Assembly (NCBI RefSeq): GCF_009914755.1
Contig: NC_060926.1
Strand: one strand, 5' to 3'
Source of the DNA: the human T2T-CHM13v2.0 reference genome, Homo sapiens
DNA length: 64,000 nt
Position 1 is the first letter of the stretch; the number at the start of each line of letters is the position of its first letter. The translations under genes were made by a program, and so were the position numbers. The notes under the pieces are model-generated. The model saw nothing but the letters and a program-made list of their open reading frames with translations, did no database searches and was not told where the DNA came from. Shown one piece after another: positions 62,325 to 64,000 of this stretch.

Positions 62325-63804
62325 TTACAGCTGTTGGATGGCAGATGCATGTTGATCTTGTTTTTCTCATTCATTTGACGAATGTTTACTTAGTGCTAGG
62401 CCCTGTGTGGGTGCAGGTCCCAGTGCATAAAACATACACACACACCCCATTCTTCCTTGGAAAAAATCGGGAAACACAGTTGCACAGGAATCATCACAGC
62501 AGTAAAAACTCTCCAAAGAGGAATAAGAGAAGTCTAATTCGGGTCAGATCTTCAGAGACAGGTAAGATAAGCCTGCAATACAAGGTTTCCTGGAGGCCTA
62601 AATTCTGGGCCCAGAAGAGAAAGGGGAGGTGGCATCAGGCCTCATGAGATGGCTCAAGGGATAGGCTTCTGGACTTCTCCTTGGTTGCTCTCTGCTCATC
62701 CCAGCTGAGGTCAGACTGCCAGGCAGTCAGGCTGGCAACGGGATAGCAGGCACATCCTGTTGGCAGCTGAGGCCCAGTCTGGGAGCCGCTGGCCACAGCC
62801 CCATGGCAAGAAGACCTTTCTGCTCAGCCGGCTCGTCCTGCAGCTGTTTAGTGGAGAAGAAAAGCCCAAGGAAAGCAGAGCCTGGAATGATTGATGGGGC
62901 TGTGTGTGTCTTTCTCTTGCTCCTGTGGATTTTTCCATTGGAAAGAAGAGGCTTGTCTCTCATTTTTAATTGATTTTAATGCAGCTCAGCCAGGCTAGAT
63001 CAGATCTCAGCTCCTCCATGGCCTTCGACGAATGGTGTGAAGAGCTGCCTGAATGTTAATAACAGAGGCTGAGAGAAGCCAGGGAGGAGGCAACAAGGCC
63101 ATTGTCTGCCTGGGAGGCTTCCACGGCTGACCTGCCACAGTGGACCCATCTATGGATTTCAGCAGTGGTGTGGATATGGGAATGGGGGCAGTGTGATGTC
63201 TAGCCTATGGGCCTGATGCAGAGGGATGTTACTGTGTAGCTGTAATTGCAGCCTTAAGGGGCTTCCAACTCAATCCATTGCAAGGTTTGGAACTCCAGCT
63301 GCTGACCTCTCAAAACACTCACTCCCTCTCCTTCTGCCGACTCCCCCTTACCTGTGCCTCGACCTCCTCTGAAAAGCCTTCTGGTGCCCTTGCAATTTCT
63401 CTGTGGCTTTGTCAGCACCTTCTGACAGCAAGAATTCTCTTCTCACTTCCTGTCTTGGCTGTCCTTGCCACCCTCTTCCCCCACCCTTGCTGGGCTCTGC
63501 CTCTGTATGCACTTGGACCAATGGCCAAACTCTAGTCCTCAGCTTTCTCCTCTCGAATGGGGACTGTAGCATCGACCACAGAGCGTGATTTTGAAGGGTC
63601 AGAAAAGAGAATGCAGGTAAAGCACACAGTGCTGTGCTCAGGGCAGTCAGTACTTGGGTGTTGTTTCTTTTCTACCAAATCCCTCCTTCCACCAAGTCGA
63701 CTGGATCAAGAGACGTGAGCAAAATACGTAATTGGAAATTGGAGGAGGCTGAAACGCTATCCCTGGGGCATGGGCTCAGGCTCCTGTTCTAATCTCTCGA
63801 TAAG

Positions 63805-63975
63805 ATAGTTAATTTATGAGTGTCCTATGCCATTTTCTTGGCTGGAAAGGTATAATAGGTACTTTAGAAGGGTGATTTTCAAGCTTAGCTCCTAGAGAAA
63901 AGATATCAAGAATAATTTAAAAAACAAAAACCAGAGCTGGGACTTAAATCCCAGAGTCTGATACCAATGGGCCAG
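63805..63975 (-). mobile_element. MIR remnant
   Basis: agagctgggacttaaatcccag...tctga. Confidence 0.5.
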
Positions 63976-64000
63976 GTGTTGACAGAGATTTCAGATGGGT

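Overview
Primate genomic DNA, most likely human. It is intergenic or intronic, moderately GC-rich and dense in interspersed repeats: about 25 Alus, MIR/L2, old L1M fragments, MaLR LTRs (MLT1/MST/THE1), ERV LTRs (LTR5A, LTR8-type, MER11) and DNA transposons (MER5A, MER6-like, MER81, MADE1, Charlie). I recognise no spliced protein-coding exon, RNA gene or CpG island. The only gene-derived sequence is a full-length processed retrocopy of NDUFAF2 (minus strand, 40708-41412). It keeps the 5'UTR, an uninterrupted 169-codon ORF, AATAAA, a poly(A) tail and a 13-bp target-site duplication (TSD). Almost all other ORFs in the track are Alu-derived or chance ORFs. I see no convincing new biological system. 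The best leads are (i) the intact-ORF NDUFAF2 retrocopy, (ii) three separate Alus carrying inverted, locally templated insertions near the left-arm/linker junction, (iii) a HERV-K LTR5A whose U5 end was apparently deleted together with the host transposon half, and (iv) several repeat-free, motif-dense blocks that may be enhancers. Repeat subfamilies are called from remembered consensus sequences, and boundaries of old repeats are approximate.
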